Positions 9,472 through 19,729 of a stretch of DNA of 64,000 bases are shown here, one piece after another. The DNA comes from Alphaproteobacteria bacterium (GTDB taxonomy: Bacteria; Pseudomonadota; Alphaproteobacteria; GCA-2731375): assembly GCA_965225945.1 (NCBI GenBank), contig CBDDBZ010000031.1, forward strand, positions 64,001 to 128,000, written 5' to 3'. Made by a program: the position numbers and the translations under genes. The notes under the pieces were generated by a model that searched no databases, was not told the DNA's origin, and worked only from the letters and a program-made list of their open reading frames with translations. Position 1 is the stretch's first letter. Every line of letters begins with the position of its first letter.

Positions 9472-10179
9472 GGCCGAGCGGCGCGCGCGCTCCCCCTGCT
9501 GGCGCTGCTCGCGGGGCTGATCCCGGCCTCCGCCGACGCCGACACGGCGCGCGGCCTCCAGGCCTTCGAGGCCGGCAACTACGTAATCGCGCGGGAGGAG
9601 TTCGAGAAATCGGCGGCCGAGGGCGACGGCGCGGCGGAATATTCCCTCGGCGTCATGCAGGCCCGAGGCCTCGCCGGCTTCGAGAAGGACATGGTCAGCG
9701 CGGCGGCGTGGTTCACCTTGGCCGACGAACATGGTTTCGCGCAGGCGAGCCATGCGCTCGGCCGGATCCACCATGGCGGCGGCCTGGGAACGCGCGACGT
9801 GCCCGAGGCGATTCGGTGGTTCGAGCGCGCCTCGATCGGCGGCCATATCGAAGCGGATTTGGCGCTCGCCTCGATCTTCTATCGCGGCGACGGCGTGGCG
9901 CAGGATTTCGCGCGCAGCGCCAAGCACATCCGGCGCGCCGCCGAGGCCGGCGTCTCCACCGCGCAGCTCCACTTGGGCTACATCCTCACCCAAGGCCACG
10001 GCGTCGAGCGCTCGGCGGCGGAGGCCTATTTCTGGCTCTCCGTGGCGATGCAGAACGGCCTGAGCGAGGCCGCCGGGATGATGGCCGAGATCGACAAGGC
10101 GGAGCTCTCGACGGCGCGCCGCCTGGAGATCGAGACCAAGGCCAACGACTTCGAGCCCAAGCTGCCGGAAACCAAATAG
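9403..10179 (+). CDS. Sel1-like repeat exported protein
   Basis: Repeated A.Y.LG..Y..G.G...D...A..WF..A; hydrophobic signal-like segment. Confidence 0.88.
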   Translation: MKNRAILSERIEPHRFNPFGYCSGRAARALPLLALLAGLIPASADADTARGLQAFEAGNYVIAREEFEKSAAEGDGAAEYSLGVMQARGLAGFEKDMVSAAAWFTLADEHGFAQASHALGRIHHGGGLGTRDVPEAIRWFERASIGGHIEADLALASIFYRGDGVAQDFARSAKHIRRAAEAGVSTAQLHLGYILTQGHGVERSAAEAYFWLSVAMQNGLSEAAGMMAEIDKAELSTARRLEIETKANDFEPKLPETK

Positions 10180-10398
10180 GCTCCGGTGCGAGCCGGAACA
10201 TCGCCGCCGGCGCATGGCGGCGAAGTGCCGCGATCCAGGCGGCGTCGGGCCCGTGCACGATCGCCGACGCGCGAAACGCGACCCCGGATCGATGCGCCGC
10301 CTCGCGGGGGCTCCCACCACGGTCGTCGCAATACGCCGAATTGCGGTTCCCCGGGAGAAGCCGCCAATCCAGAATCTGGGTCTAATATTAGAAATAAT

Positions 10399-10662
10399 TG
10401 AACAGCCCAGGTAGCTGATTTCGATGAGGCTGCGGATTGGGTCTCTGGGGGCAGATTTTGTGGCTTTGGGGCGCTGACGGCCTAGATTTCGTTTGACAGA
10501 GGGTGGTTGGTCGATTCTAAGGATTCGATGGATAGGGATGTTCTTGCCTTTTTGTCGAAAGACGAGCTGATCGATGTGGTGCTGGCCCAAGGGTCGCGGC
10601 TCGCCGAGTTCGAACTCCGGCTTGGTGAACTCGAGCGCCGGCTTGGCCTGAACAGCACGAAC
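10399..10662 (+). pseudogene. 5' remnant of a second IS66 element, cut by IS21
   Basis: AACAGCCCAGGTAG end and MDRDVLAFLSKDELID..RRLGLNSTN match the left end of the IS at 587-2169. Confidence 0.85.
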
Positions 10663-10865
10663 TGTCAATCGGCGTTGAACATTGACCCCCTATCGGCGTG
10701 CAATGTTGACCCCTTTGGGGATGCACGGCGGAGGTCGTACAGGTAGTCCATAGGAGGGGCCCGCGCGCGGGCCGACGCGCCCACCACGCGGCTGGCGGCG
10801 GACCGCGCGTGGGAGGTTCCTGTGGGCCCACCTGGGCGACCGGGCGGCAGGTGGATCGGTTGCCT

Positions 10866-11594
10866 TTAGGACCGATTCTTGAAGCGCCAGGAGTCGTTTC
10901 CGGTCTCGATGATCTCGCAGTGGTGCGTCAGACGATCGAGGAGCGCGGTGGTCATCTTGGCGTCGCCGAAGACGGACGGCCATTCGCCGAAGGTCAGGTT
11001 GGTGGTGACGATGATCGAGGTGCGCTCGTAGAGCCGGCTGACGAGGTGGAACAGCAGCTGGCCTCCGGTTTGGGCGAAGGGCAGGTAGCCGAGCTCGTCG
11101 AGGATGACGAGGTCGCGCCGGGCCAGCTGATCGGCGAGCCGGCCCTGGCGGCCGGCGCGGGCTTCGGCCTCGAGCCGGTTGACCAGGTCGACGACGTTGA
11201 AGAAGCGGCCCCGGGCGCCATCGCGGATGCAGGCCCGCGCGATGGCGACGGCGAGATGGCTCTTGCCGGTGCCGGTGCCGCCGATCAGCACGGCGTTGCG
11301 CTGGTTGGCCAGGAAGCCGCCGACCGCCAACTCGCGGACCAGCGGCTCGTTGACCGGGGTGTCGGTGAAGTCGAAGTCGGCCAGCTCCTTGGCCAGCGGC
11401 AGCTTGGCGCCACTCATCTGGTACTTGATGGATCGCGCCTGCTTGTCGGCGATCTCGGCCTTCAACAGCTCGCCGATGATTCGCTGCATCGGATGCTGGC
11501 GCTTGAGGCCGTCGGCGAGCACCTCGTCGAACGCGTCGCGCATGCCGGCGAGCTTGAGTGCGGCCATCATCTCCAGGACCTCATGGCGCTCCAT
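10866..11594 (-). CDS. istB: IS21 helper ATPase
   Basis: [32 protein letters not shown]. Confidence 0.95.
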   Translation of the reverse strand: MERHEVLEMMAALKLAGMRDAFDEVLADGLKRQHPMQRIIGELLKAEIADKQARSIKYQMSGAKLPLAKELADFDFTDTPVNEPLVRELAVGGFLANQRNAVLIGGTGTGKSHLAVAIARACIRDGARGRFFNVVDLVNRLEAEARAGRQGRLADQLARRDLVILDELGYLPFAQTGGQLLFHLVSRLYERTSIIVTTNLTFGEWPSVFGDAKMTTALLDRLTHHCEIIETGNDSWRFKNRS

Positions 11595-13092
11595 GGCCGA
11601 CCCCCCTCAAGCGGTCGTAGCGGGTGCAATCGGCCACCGGCTCAAAGCGAAGACGCAGGTTCGCGGGCGTCGGGATCGGCGCCGTCTCGGACGGCTGGCG
11701 CCGACGATTGAGGATGTTGAGCACGACGTCGGCGCTGCACACGCCGCCAGCGAGCGCCTCGGCACAGGCGGCCTCCACCGCCGCCAGCCCATCCGCCAGC
11801 ACGGCGGTGAGGATCTCGACCATCTGCCTGTCGCCGTCGTCGTGGCCGGCGAGCCGGACGCGCACGCGACCCAGGGCGCCGGGCAGCGCCCAGTCCTTGA
11901 ACGGCGCGCCGTTACGAAGCGCACCGGGCTTCCTCGCCAGCACGGGCACGTAGTGCCACGGGTCATAGACGGTCTGGTCGCGGCCGAAGCGCCGGGCATG
12001 CTCGGCGACGATCTCGCCGTCCTGGCGGATGACGATGCGATCGGCGTAGGCATGGACCTCGACCGGACGGCCGACGGCGCGCGCCGCCACGCTGTACTTG
12101 TTGCTGTCGAAGCGCACCAGGCAGGTCTTCGACACCGACGCCGGGACCGCGTGGAAGCCGTCGAACGGCCCGCGATAGCCGACCAGGGACGGACGCTCGT
12201 CCTCGAACACCTGCCAGACAGTCCTGTCCTTGAACACCGGGTGGGGATGACGCCGGGCGTAGGCGACGCACTGGTCCAAGAGCCAGGCGTTGAGCTCGTC
12301 GTAGGTCTTGAAGCGCAGCCGCGGGGTGAAGAACCGACCGCGGATGATCCCGACCTGGTTCTCGACCTGCCCCTTCTCCCATCCCGCTCCCGGCGTGCAT
12401 GCTGTCGGTTCGACCAGGTAGTGGCCACACATCTGCACGAAGCGCCGGTTGAACGCGCGCTCCTTGCCGATGAGGACGGTCTGCACCGCCGTCTTCATGT
12501 TGTCGTAGATGCCTCGCCGGCAGGCACCCTGGAACAGCCGGAATGCCCGGTCGTGGGCGTCGAACACCATCTCCTGGCTCTCGCGCGGATAAGCGCGGAC
12601 GAAGAACATTCGGCTGTGGCACAGCCGGACGTGCGCGACCTTGACCTTGGTCGTCACCCCCGCCAGCACCACGTACTCGTGGCTCCAGTCGAACTGATAG
12701 GCCTCGCCCGGCGAGAACACCAACGGCACATAGGTCTGCGCCGTCGATGCCGAACGGCGCCACCGCCACGCCTTGGCGTAGCGCCGCACCGCGTCGTAGC
12801 CGCCGCCATAGCCCAGACCCTCGAGGGCTTCGGAGATCCGTAGCAGCGTCAGCCGCTCCCGCTTCGACTTGGTCTCGTTGGCCTCCAGCATCCGCTCCAG
12901 CTCGGCCGTCCACGGCCCCAGCTTCGGCATCGGCTGGACCCGCCGGTCGTAGGTGAACGCCGTCGCCTGCGAACGGATCACCTTGCGCACCGTGTTGCCC
13001 GAGACCTTCACGTCCCGCACGATCTCCTTGATCGGCTTCCCCTTGACGAAATACTCCCGCCGGATCCGCGCTATCGTCTCCACGACCAACAT
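11581..13092 (-). CDS. istA: IS21 transposase
   Basis: [26 protein letters not shown]. Confidence 0.95.
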   Translation of the reverse strand: MLVVETIARIRREYFVKGKPIKEIVRDVKVSGNTVRKVIRSQATAFTYDRRVQPMPKLGPWTAELERMLEANETKSKRERLTLLRISEALEGLGYGGGYDAVRRYAKAWRWRRSASTAQTYVPLVFSPGEAYQFDWSHEYVVLAGVTTKVKVAHVRLCHSRMFFVRAYPRESQEMVFDAHDRAFRLFQGACRRGIYDNMKTAVQTVLIGKERAFNRRFVQMCGHYLVEPTACTPGAGWEKGQVENQVGIIRGRFFTPRLRFKTYDELNAWLLDQCVAYARRHPHPVFKDRTVWQVFEDERPSLVGYRGPFDGFHAVPASVSKTCLVRFDSNKYSVAARAVGRPVEVHAYADRIVIRQDGEIVAEHARRFGRDQTVYDPWHYVPVLARKPGALRNGAPFKDWALPGALGRVRVRLAGHDDGDRQMVEILTAVLADGLAAVEAACAEALAGGVCSADVVLNILNRRRQPSETAPIPTPANLRLRFEPVADCTRYDRLRGVGHGAP

Positions 13093-13207
13093 CCCCCACC
13101 ACCTCGTCCGCCCAAAAACGAGGTGACTTGGACTAGCCAGGCTCAGGGGGTCAAATTTGGACGCCGATCACCCCTCAACAGGGGTCAACTTTGCACGCCG
13201 TTCCACA

Positions 13208-13888
13208 GCTCTCGACTCTGCCCGGCCCGCAGCCGCTCGGCGATGCCGTCGACGAAGAGGTAGGCGATCTCGAACTCGCTAAGGTCGCGCTTGGCGAAGC
13301 CGAGGTAGTCCGCCCAGAGCCGCTCCCCCATCTCCGAGACCGCCGTGCGCGACAGCAGCAAGCGCCCACTTTCTTCCCTGAAGGCATCTTCGATGTCGCG
13401 CACCGAGAGACCGCGCGCCAGCATCTCCACGGCTAAATCCTCCAGGCCCTCGGAATGACCCTTCAGCTGCGCTCGCAGATCCGAACGGAACGGTTCGTCC
13501 GTCCCGGCGACCTGCGGCGCCGCATACCTGATCCGCCCCTCGGCCGTCTTCAGATGACCTTCGCGCGAACCGTTCCGGTAACCTCGGCCAGGCTCGGAAC
13601 CGTGCTCGTAATAGTCCCGGCCCAGGGCGTCGCGCACCTCGGCCTCCAAGCCTTCCTCGATGATCAACCGCGTCGCCAACCGCACCAATTCACTCTTCGC
13701 GTCGACCACGCGGGCGCGCCCTTCGATCAGGTCGTTCTAGGCTTCACGCGTGCGCTCGCTTCCGGGTAGTCTCTTCGTCATGGAGGTGCCTCCTGTGCTG
13801 GGCTGGCGCGCAGCCATGCCCGGGTGGGAATCGACACCTCGAAGGATGCACCTCCTACCAAATTCCCAGCAAGTCTAGGACTTCACCC
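13208..13888 (-). pseudogene. Truncated IS256-family element (left end plus 5' transposase with an internal TAG)
   Basis: GYRNG.R...LKT.EG and ARGLSVRDIE..YLFVDG motifs; ATG at 13781, stop near 13738, cut at the IS21 end; IR-like GGGTGAAGTCC at ~13888. Confidence 0.85.
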
Positions 13889-13953
13889 CAGCGGCCATGG
13901 ATCGTCTGATTTCACTAGCTTCGGACAATCTTCCTCTTCGCGGGTGCGAAGGA

Positions 13954-14068
13954 TGTTCCCGCCTCGGTAGGCGCTCACAAACAGTCGTATGAGACCAGGC
14001 TCAAAATCTATTCAAAACAACGACTTGAGAAGTCTTTCGCCGACTGGCGTGTTCTAAGTTCGCGAGTG
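13954..14068 (+). repeat. Cassette-boundary repeat R1
   Basis: TGTTCCCGCCTCGGTAGGCGCTCACAAAC..CAAAATCTATTCAAAACAACGACTTG..GCGAGTG, collinear with R2-R4. Confidence 0.8.
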
Positions 14069-14169
14069 TGAGTTGAGCGGTCGAAAGCCGCTATGGACGA
14101 CAGTCAGGGCTGACCGGGATGAAGCAGGCGGAAGAGTTTTGATCATCTGGGAACAATCGAGAGGCTCGC

Positions 14170-14481
14170 ATGGCACTTTATCTGAACGAGGTATGGATGA
14201 AGGATCCCAGCCCTGAGACCTTTCGTGAATTCATCGAGGTGTTTGGATCGCTTCGTGGCCAAGCCGATACCCTTGGACTGACTTCGGAGATCTTTCAACT
14301 CGTCGCGGGGCCTTGGATGTCGATCGAAGAGGCAAAGGTCATCTTTGTTTTCGACGCGCCCGACGTGCGGGCAACGCTTCCTGCATTCGGTGCATTGATG
14401 GCGAAGGGGCTGCTGAAGAAACGACGCCTGACGCCGATGGTCGATTGGAGCGAAGCGGCGGAGTTCGTCAACGGGCTGTGA
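14170..14481 (+). CDS. Small hypothetical protein (possibly DUF3303/GYD-like ferredoxin fold)
   Basis: 103-aa ORF with GAGG RBS; ends about 20 nt before R2. Confidence 0.7.
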   Translation: MALYLNEVWMKDPSPETFREFIEVFGSLRGQADTLGLTSEIFQLVAGPWMSIEEAKVIFVFDAPDVRATLPAFGALMAKGLLKKRRLTPMVDWSEAAEFVNGL

Positions 14482-14502
14482 ACGCCGGGCCTTTTTAGAC
14501 CA

Positions 14503-14618
14503 TCTTCTCGCCTAAGTAGGCGCTCAAAAACGGTGGTCTACGTGAAGTCACAAAACCCCTTTCAAAACATAGGCTCATCCACAGAGGAAACAAATCGGAT
14601 ATACTCTTGAGCCGAGTG
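14503..14618 (+). repeat. Cassette-boundary repeat R2
   Basis: TTCTCGCCTAAGTAGGCGCTCAAAAACGGTGGTCTACGTGAAGTCACAAAACCCCTTTCAAAACATAGGCTCA..TATACT..CGAGTG. Confidence 0.88.
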
Positions 14619-14712
14619 GCCGAAGTTCGGCCTCCCGGATGACTAAGGTCGCCGGTGGCCGGCACCTGGTTCGTCGTGGCATGGCCCATTTTCTCCGCTG
14701 CGGCGAGGCTAT

Positions 14713-16518
14713 CTAGCGTTTCGACAGCTTGGCGAGGGTTGCGAGGAGATCGGCCCGTTCGTCGGTTCCCAGTCGATCTAGGTCAAGGCTGGCCAAACGA
14801 TCCTTTATCGACGAAAGCTCATCGTCCCCTCGTTGTCCGTCATCGACCACTTCGCTTGGATCGAATGCGACCTCAAAGGTCTCGATTTCCCCGGCAATGC
14901 CCTTAAGTTCCACTGGTTCGCGCGATCTCAATTCGAAACCATCGTTGATGAGGACCCGAGTGGCTTTCGATATAAGAATGGCATTCGGCTCACACGCTTC
15001 CTGTAACCTTGCAGCGATGTTCACTGGCGTGCCAATGATCGTGTAGTCGAGGCGGTCATAACTTCCAAAGTTCCCTACAGTACAATAGCCGCTGTTGATG
15101 CCGACGCGAATCTCTAGAGGCTCCATCAAACCAAACTTGGTAAATTCTGGTTGAAGCGACGCCATACGGCGCTGCATCTCTACAGCCATATTCACGCACC
15201 GACTGGCATCCTCTTCGTTGCCTAGAGTCTCGGGATCGCCGAAGAATGCCATGATGGCATCTCCAATAAACTTATCGATCGTAGCGCCGTGGGCTCTGGC
15301 AATCTCGGTCATGGCCGAGAAGTAGGCGTTGAGGATGGCCGAAAGGGCCTCAGGTTCCAGTCGTTCCGTTTTCGGCGTGAAGTTTCGCATGTCCGAGAAG
15401 AAAATCGTCAGGTGTTTGCGCTCCGACCGGATCTCGGCATCGAATTCGCCATCAAATATCGATTTATATACCTGCTGGGGCAAATACCGGGCCAGCTTGG
15501 TCGAGACCTCCTCTACCAGTCTCTTCTGCACAGCCAGTTCTTGGTTGGTGGTTTTCAATTCCCGTGTCCGCTCGACGATTCGCTGCTCCAGGTTGCGGTT
15601 TGTGGTTGCAACGCCGGTGATGTAGTCGTTGAGCTGCCATATGGCACTGTTTTCCTGTCCAGCTGATTGCGGCAGCGCCGGTTCCCTGTCGTCCAGTGAG
15701 GTGATGCCGTGGTTCATCAGCGGATGGTAGATGTCCGCCACCTGACCGTGATAAGCCCGCGCATGTGCTAAGCAATAGACGTAGCTGGCGCCGCAATGCT
15801 CTGCCGGCACCAAGCCTTCGTAGCCAGGTCCATCGTATCCCGGATTATGGACGAACTTATCCATGAATTCTTCCTGGCTCATGCCCCACAGGCTCGGAAA
15901 GCGAGACCTGTTGTTGCGCACCAAGGGCGTGTCGACGATGCCCGGCACGAAGCCGAAGGCACTAACGCCGCTGTCATCCCCGAGCTCGCCGGCCAGCGAC
16001 AGTACCATCGACTTTTGACCAGCCATGGCCGAGGCCAAGTAGGCGCCGTGCGTCAGCGCCTCCATCGCCACGGTGTTGGCGATGACACCAAATCCATTCT
16101 CCCGCATGCGCGGCAGGACGGCCTGAATCAGAAATGCCGACGCTCTGACGGTAGTCTGCAACAGTTCGTCCCACTCCTCGACCGAGATATCTTGGAAGAA
16201 CCCAACGCGCAGCTTTGCGGCGTTGTTGACCAAAATGTCCACTTGACCATGTTCCTTGAGGATTTTGTGTTGGAACTGATCCAGTGCGTGCAAGTCGCAC
16301 AAGTCAACCTGTTCGAAGACCGCGCTTCGTGAATTGCCGCGAATGTTCGCGGCGACCTCCGCTCCCGTCTCAAGGATATCGACGAGAACGACATGCGCAC
16401 CCAAATGGGCCAAGCCGCGCGCCACTTGCTCGCCGACGCCACTCGCAGCGCCCGTCACGACGGCAACGCGACTTCGGAATGTATCTGGCTCCAAGCCCAG
16501 CCGGCCGAGCAATTCCAT
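14713..16518 (-). CDS. SDR-domain / class III adenylate cyclase fusion protein
   Basis: N-terminal TGAASGVG and LVNNAA; S-helix-like LEQRIVERTREL; cyclase motifs FFSDMRNFT, IDKFIGDAIMAFFG, DYTIIGTPVNIAARL. Confidence 0.88.
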   Translation of the reverse strand: MELLGRLGLEPDTFRSRVAVVTGAASGVGEQVARGLAHLGAHVVLVDILETGAEVAANIRGNSRSAVFEQVDLCDLHALDQFQHKILKEHGQVDILVNNAAKLRVGFFQDISVEEWDELLQTTVRASAFLIQAVLPRMRENGFGVIANTVAMEALTHGAYLASAMAGQKSMVLSLAGELGDDSGVSAFGFVPGIVDTPLVRNNRSRFPSLWGMSQEEFMDKFVHNPGYDGPGYEGLVPAEHCGASYVYCLAHARAYHGQVADIYHPLMNHGITSLDDREPALPQSAGQENSAIWQLNDYITGVATTNRNLEQRIVERTRELKTTNQELAVQKRLVEEVSTKLARYLPQQVYKSIFDGEFDAEIRSERKHLTIFFSDMRNFTPKTERLEPEALSAILNAYFSAMTEIARAHGATIDKFIGDAIMAFFGDPETLGNEEDASRCVNMAVEMQRRMASLQPEFTKFGLMEPLEIRVGINSGYCTVGNFGSYDRLDYTIIGTPVNIAARLQEACEPNAILISKATRVLINDGFELRSREPVELKGIAGEIETFEVAFDPSEVVDDGQRGDDELSSIKDRLASLDLDRLGTDERADLLATLAKLSKR

Positions 16519-16747
16519 ATGACCCTCCTGACCACGGAAGTTAATCTAGTCGCGCCGACTGGGCGATAGGTCTCGAACTGGATATACCACGACTCGCCCC
16601 CTCCGCCTCGGTTCGTCGGCTTCCACCAGATTCGGGCATCTCGCATCGTGCCAAGTTTCGAATATATTCCCGCCTCAGTAGGCGCTCACAAACGGTGGTT
16701 TCCGTTGATTGAGCAACCTGATGTGTGGAAATTCGGAACGCCGTTGA

Positions 16748-17959
16748 TCAGTCATCCTCTGCTTTCCAAGTGATGTAGGGTTTTTCGGTGGTTTCCCATT
16801 TCTCGTCGATTTCGACGAGGATGGCGGTGACCAGACGTTCGAGCGAGGCCTCGTTGGGAAAGACCCTGACCTTTACGGTGCGGCGCTTGATCTCCTGCTG
16901 GATGGATCGCTCCATGGGGTTCGAGGTTCGCATGCGCTTTTGGTGGCGCTCGGGCAGGGCGAAGACGGCGAGGCCCTCGGGGATCGCCGTCTCCAGCCAA
17001 TCGGCGAGCTTGGGGGCGCTGTCGCGGTAGGCCGCCACCAGATGGCCCAGCTCGGCCTCGGCGGCCTTGCCGTCGGCGGCGTTCCAGACCCGGCGCAGCT
17101 CCTTGCCGATGGCCTTTCGGATGGCGAGGTTGGGGGCGTGATGGATGGCGTTTTGAGCCAGATGGTACTGACAGCGCTGCCAGACGGCGCCGCCGAGGAC
17201 GGCCTTGCGCGCGGCGCCGAGGCCTGGATGATCATCGGAAACGATATAGGCGACACCGCGCATGCCACCGGCAACCAGGGTCTCCAGGAAGGCGCGCCAG
17301 TGCACTTCGGCCTCGGAGAGCGCACAGGAAACACCGAGCACCCGGCGGCGCTGGTCGGGGCCGATGCCGATCACCGAGAGCACGGCGGCGTCGCGCACCA
17401 CGCCACCCTCTCGGACTTTCTCATAGCGCGCGTCGAGGAGCAGGTAGCGGATCTCGCCCAGCGGCCGGTTGCGCCAGGCATCCAGCTCCCCATCCAAGAG
17501 CTTGGCGGCGCGGCTGACCTGGCTCGACGACAGGCTCTCCAGGCCGAACTCGCGCATCACCGCCTCGGCGTCACGGGTGGAGACGCCTTTGATATACATC
17601 TCCGCCACGGCCAGCATGACAGCGCGGCAGGAGCGCCGTCCGCGCTCCAGGGCTTGGGGGTAAAAAGGCGCCTCATGACCGGCGGTCTTGGGAACCTCGA
17701 GCCTCACCGTACCGGCCGGGGTGTCGATCTTCTTGGGTCTGGTGCCGTTGGCGTATCCCCGCCGCTCGGGCGTGCGCTCATAGTGGCCGGCGCCCAAGAA
17801 CCTCTCCCGCTCGATCCGCATGGCGAGATTGAAAAGGCCGGCGAAGACCGTCGCCATGTTCTCGCTACCGCCTTCGATCAATTGTTCCACCAAAGCCTCG
17901 ACAGCGCTATCCTGGTCTTTCCGCATACTGGTTCTCCATGTTTGTTTGGACGCTTTCAT
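16748..17959 (-). CDS. IS256-family transposase
   Basis: YLLLDARYEKVR, IVSDDH.GL, WQRCQYH, RTSNPMER. Confidence 0.95.
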   Translation of the reverse strand: MKASKQTWRTSMRKDQDSAVEALVEQLIEGGSENMATVFAGLFNLAMRIERERFLGAGHYERTPERRGYANGTRPKKIDTPAGTVRLEVPKTAGHEAPFYPQALERGRRSCRAVMLAVAEMYIKGVSTRDAEAVMREFGLESLSSSQVSRAAKLLDGELDAWRNRPLGEIRYLLLDARYEKVREGGVVRDAAVLSVIGIGPDQRRRVLGVSCALSEAEVHWRAFLETLVAGGMRGVAYIVSDDHPGLGAARKAVLGGAVWQRCQYHLAQNAIHHAPNLAIRKAIGKELRRVWNAADGKAAEAELGHLVAAYRDSAPKLADWLETAIPEGLAVFALPERHQKRMRTSNPMERSIQQEIKRRTVKVRVFPNEASLERLVTAILVEIDEKWETTEKPYITWKAEDD

Positions 17960-18019
17960 GGATAACCAAAATGACGGATCGCCCCGCGCCGGGGTATACC
18001 CCGGCGCGGGGCGAAGCCA

Positions 18020-19470
18020 GGGGATGTCCCGGGCTCTGTTGAAAAGCTGAAGTAGGCGTCGTCCGCCTGGAGCCGCTAGGCTCTGGGTGCTGATTCCATC
18101 AAGGAGAACGACGCCATGACCAAGACTACACGCAACGACCGTTCCTCGGAACCATCCTGTCGGCTCTTGCCATCGATGCCGGAGGCCTTCGACGATCTGC
18201 GCATGAGCGTCGATCGCTTCTGCCTTTTGGCGGGCCTCGAGTCTTTGAACGAGATGATGTCGGCGGACGCGGAAGCCTTGTGCGGTTCGCGCCACGCCCG
18301 CTCGGGCGAGCGCAAGGGCCATCGATGGGGCACGACCCGGAGCGAGATCGCCTACCACGGCGGCAAAGTGAAGGTCGAGCGCCCTCGGGTGCGGGACTTC
18401 GCGGGTCGGGAGATGAGCCTGCCGAGTTGGGAGCTGCTGTCGGAACCCGAACTCTTGCAAGCCTGGGCGATGAATCTGATGGTGATCAACGTCTCGACCC
18501 GCAAGTATGCCCGCGCGGTGCGCCTGCCGGACGATGCGGGCGGCGATCTGCCGGCGGCATCGGGTGACGCAACCTCGAAGTCGGCGGTCTCGCGCCGTTT
18601 CGTGGCGTTGACGCGAAGCAAGCTGAAGGCCTGGCTGGCGAGCCCGCTCGACGATCTCGATCTCGTGGTGCTCCAGATCGACGGGCTCCATGTCGGCGAT
18701 CACCTGATGGTGGCGGCGATCGGCATCGACACCGGCGGCGCGAAGCACGTGCTGGGCCTGGCCGAGGGCGCGACGGAGAACGCGGCCACGGTGCAAGCCA
18801 TGCTCGACAACCTGATCGAGCGCGGTCTCGATCCCGAACGGCCTCGGCTCTACATCGTCGACGGCGCCAAGGCGCTCTCGAAGGCGATCCGGCGGACCTT
18901 CGGGCGGGCGGCGGCCCTCCAGCGCTGCCAGGTGCACAAGGGGCGCAACATCACGGACCGGCTGGACGAGAGCCTCCATGCCGGCGTCAGGAAGGTCTTG
19001 CGGCAGGCCTGGCAGCAGGACGACGCGGCCAAGGCCGAACGGCTCTTGCGCAACCTCGCCCGCCGTCTGGAGCATGACGCACCCGGCGTCTCGGGCTCGA
19101 TCCTGGAGGGCCTGGACGAGATCCTGACCGTGATCCGGCTCGGCCTCCCGCCGCAACTTCGACACTCGCTGGCTTGCACCAACGCCATCGAGAACGCGAT
19201 CGGCACCGTCCGGACGGTGCAGCGGAACGTCAAGCGCTGGCGCAACGCCGAGATGGCGCTGCGTTGGACCGCCGCCGGCCTCTTGGAGGCGCAAAAGACC
19301 TTCCGCCGCCTCAAGGCCTACCGCCAGCTCCCCGTCCTTGACGCCGCCCTGCGGGAGGCGGTGAGAAAGGCCGGAGCAAAGTCCGTCATTGAAGACATCG
19401 AGGTGGCCGCGTAGCCTCTCGATCAGACGATGCCTATCTCGCACTTTTCAACATTGGGCGGGACATCGCC
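18020..19470 (+). mobile_element. Different IS256-family element nested in the leader of copy A
   Basis: IR GGGATGTCCCG..TGTTGAAAAG / CTTTTCAACA..CGGGACATCGCC; 8-bp TSD CGAAGCCA. Confidence 0.93.
18116..19414 (+). CDS. IS256-family transposase
   Basis: LQIDG, IVDGAKAL, QRCQVHK.RN, CTNAIEN. Confidence 0.93.
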   Translation: MTKTTRNDRSSEPSCRLLPSMPEAFDDLRMSVDRFCLLAGLESLNEMMSADAEALCGSRHARSGERKGHRWGTTRSEIAYHGGKVKVERPRVRDFAGREMSLPSWELLSEPELLQAWAMNLMVINVSTRKYARAVRLPDDAGGDLPAASGDATSKSAVSRRFVALTRSKLKAWLASPLDDLDLVVLQIDGLHVGDHLMVAAIGIDTGGAKHVLGLAEGATENAATVQAMLDNLIERGLDPERPRLYIVDGAKALSKAIRRTFGRAAALQRCQVHKGRNITDRLDESLHAGVRKVLRQAWQQDDAAKAERLLRNLARRLEHDAPGVSGSILEGLDEILTVIRLGLPPQLRHSLACTNAIENAIGTVRTVQRNVKRWRNAEMALRWTAAGLLEAQKTFRRLKAYRQLPVLDAALREAVRKAGAKSVIEDIEVAA

Positions 19471-19729
19471 CGAAGCCAAATTTCCAGACCTCACGCTACA
19501 CAAGCTTTCCGTTAATTCACAAAACCCTATTCAAAACATGGGCTTATCGGCGCAATATCCGAAGGGGTATACTTCCCTGGCGAGTGGTGGCATTCAGGTT
19601 TCTGGGCAACGCTCACCCCGTGATCTTCTGTGCATGCTTCCACACGCCGTCGCCGCGCCCACCAGTGGTGTTGAGCCGGTGCGAGATTTTCCTCGTCGAT
19701 ATTGATCCTTATCCGTCCATCGTCGACCA

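Larger units (their letters stand above)
10663..13207 (-). mobile_element. IS21-family element
   Basis: TG...CA termini with reiterated GGCGT...TTGACCCC internal repeats; istA and istB; no TSD. Confidence 0.93.
16707..19505 (-). mobile_element. IS256-family element copy A (1340 bp) containing a nested IS
   Basis: 8-bp TSD TTTCCGTT; near-identical to 24549-25888 once 18020-19470 and its TSD are removed. Confidence 0.95.
16665..19586 (+). repeat. Cassette-boundary repeat R3, split by IS256 (halves 16665-16706 and 19506-19586)
   Basis: Joining the halves over TSD TTTCCGTT gives a 115-bp copy collinear with R2 and R4. Confidence 0.88.

Noticed and set aside
16748-19444. 898-aa ORF as a giant transposase
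   Set aside because: Chance read-through from the antisense strand of the nested IS into the 403-aa transposase.
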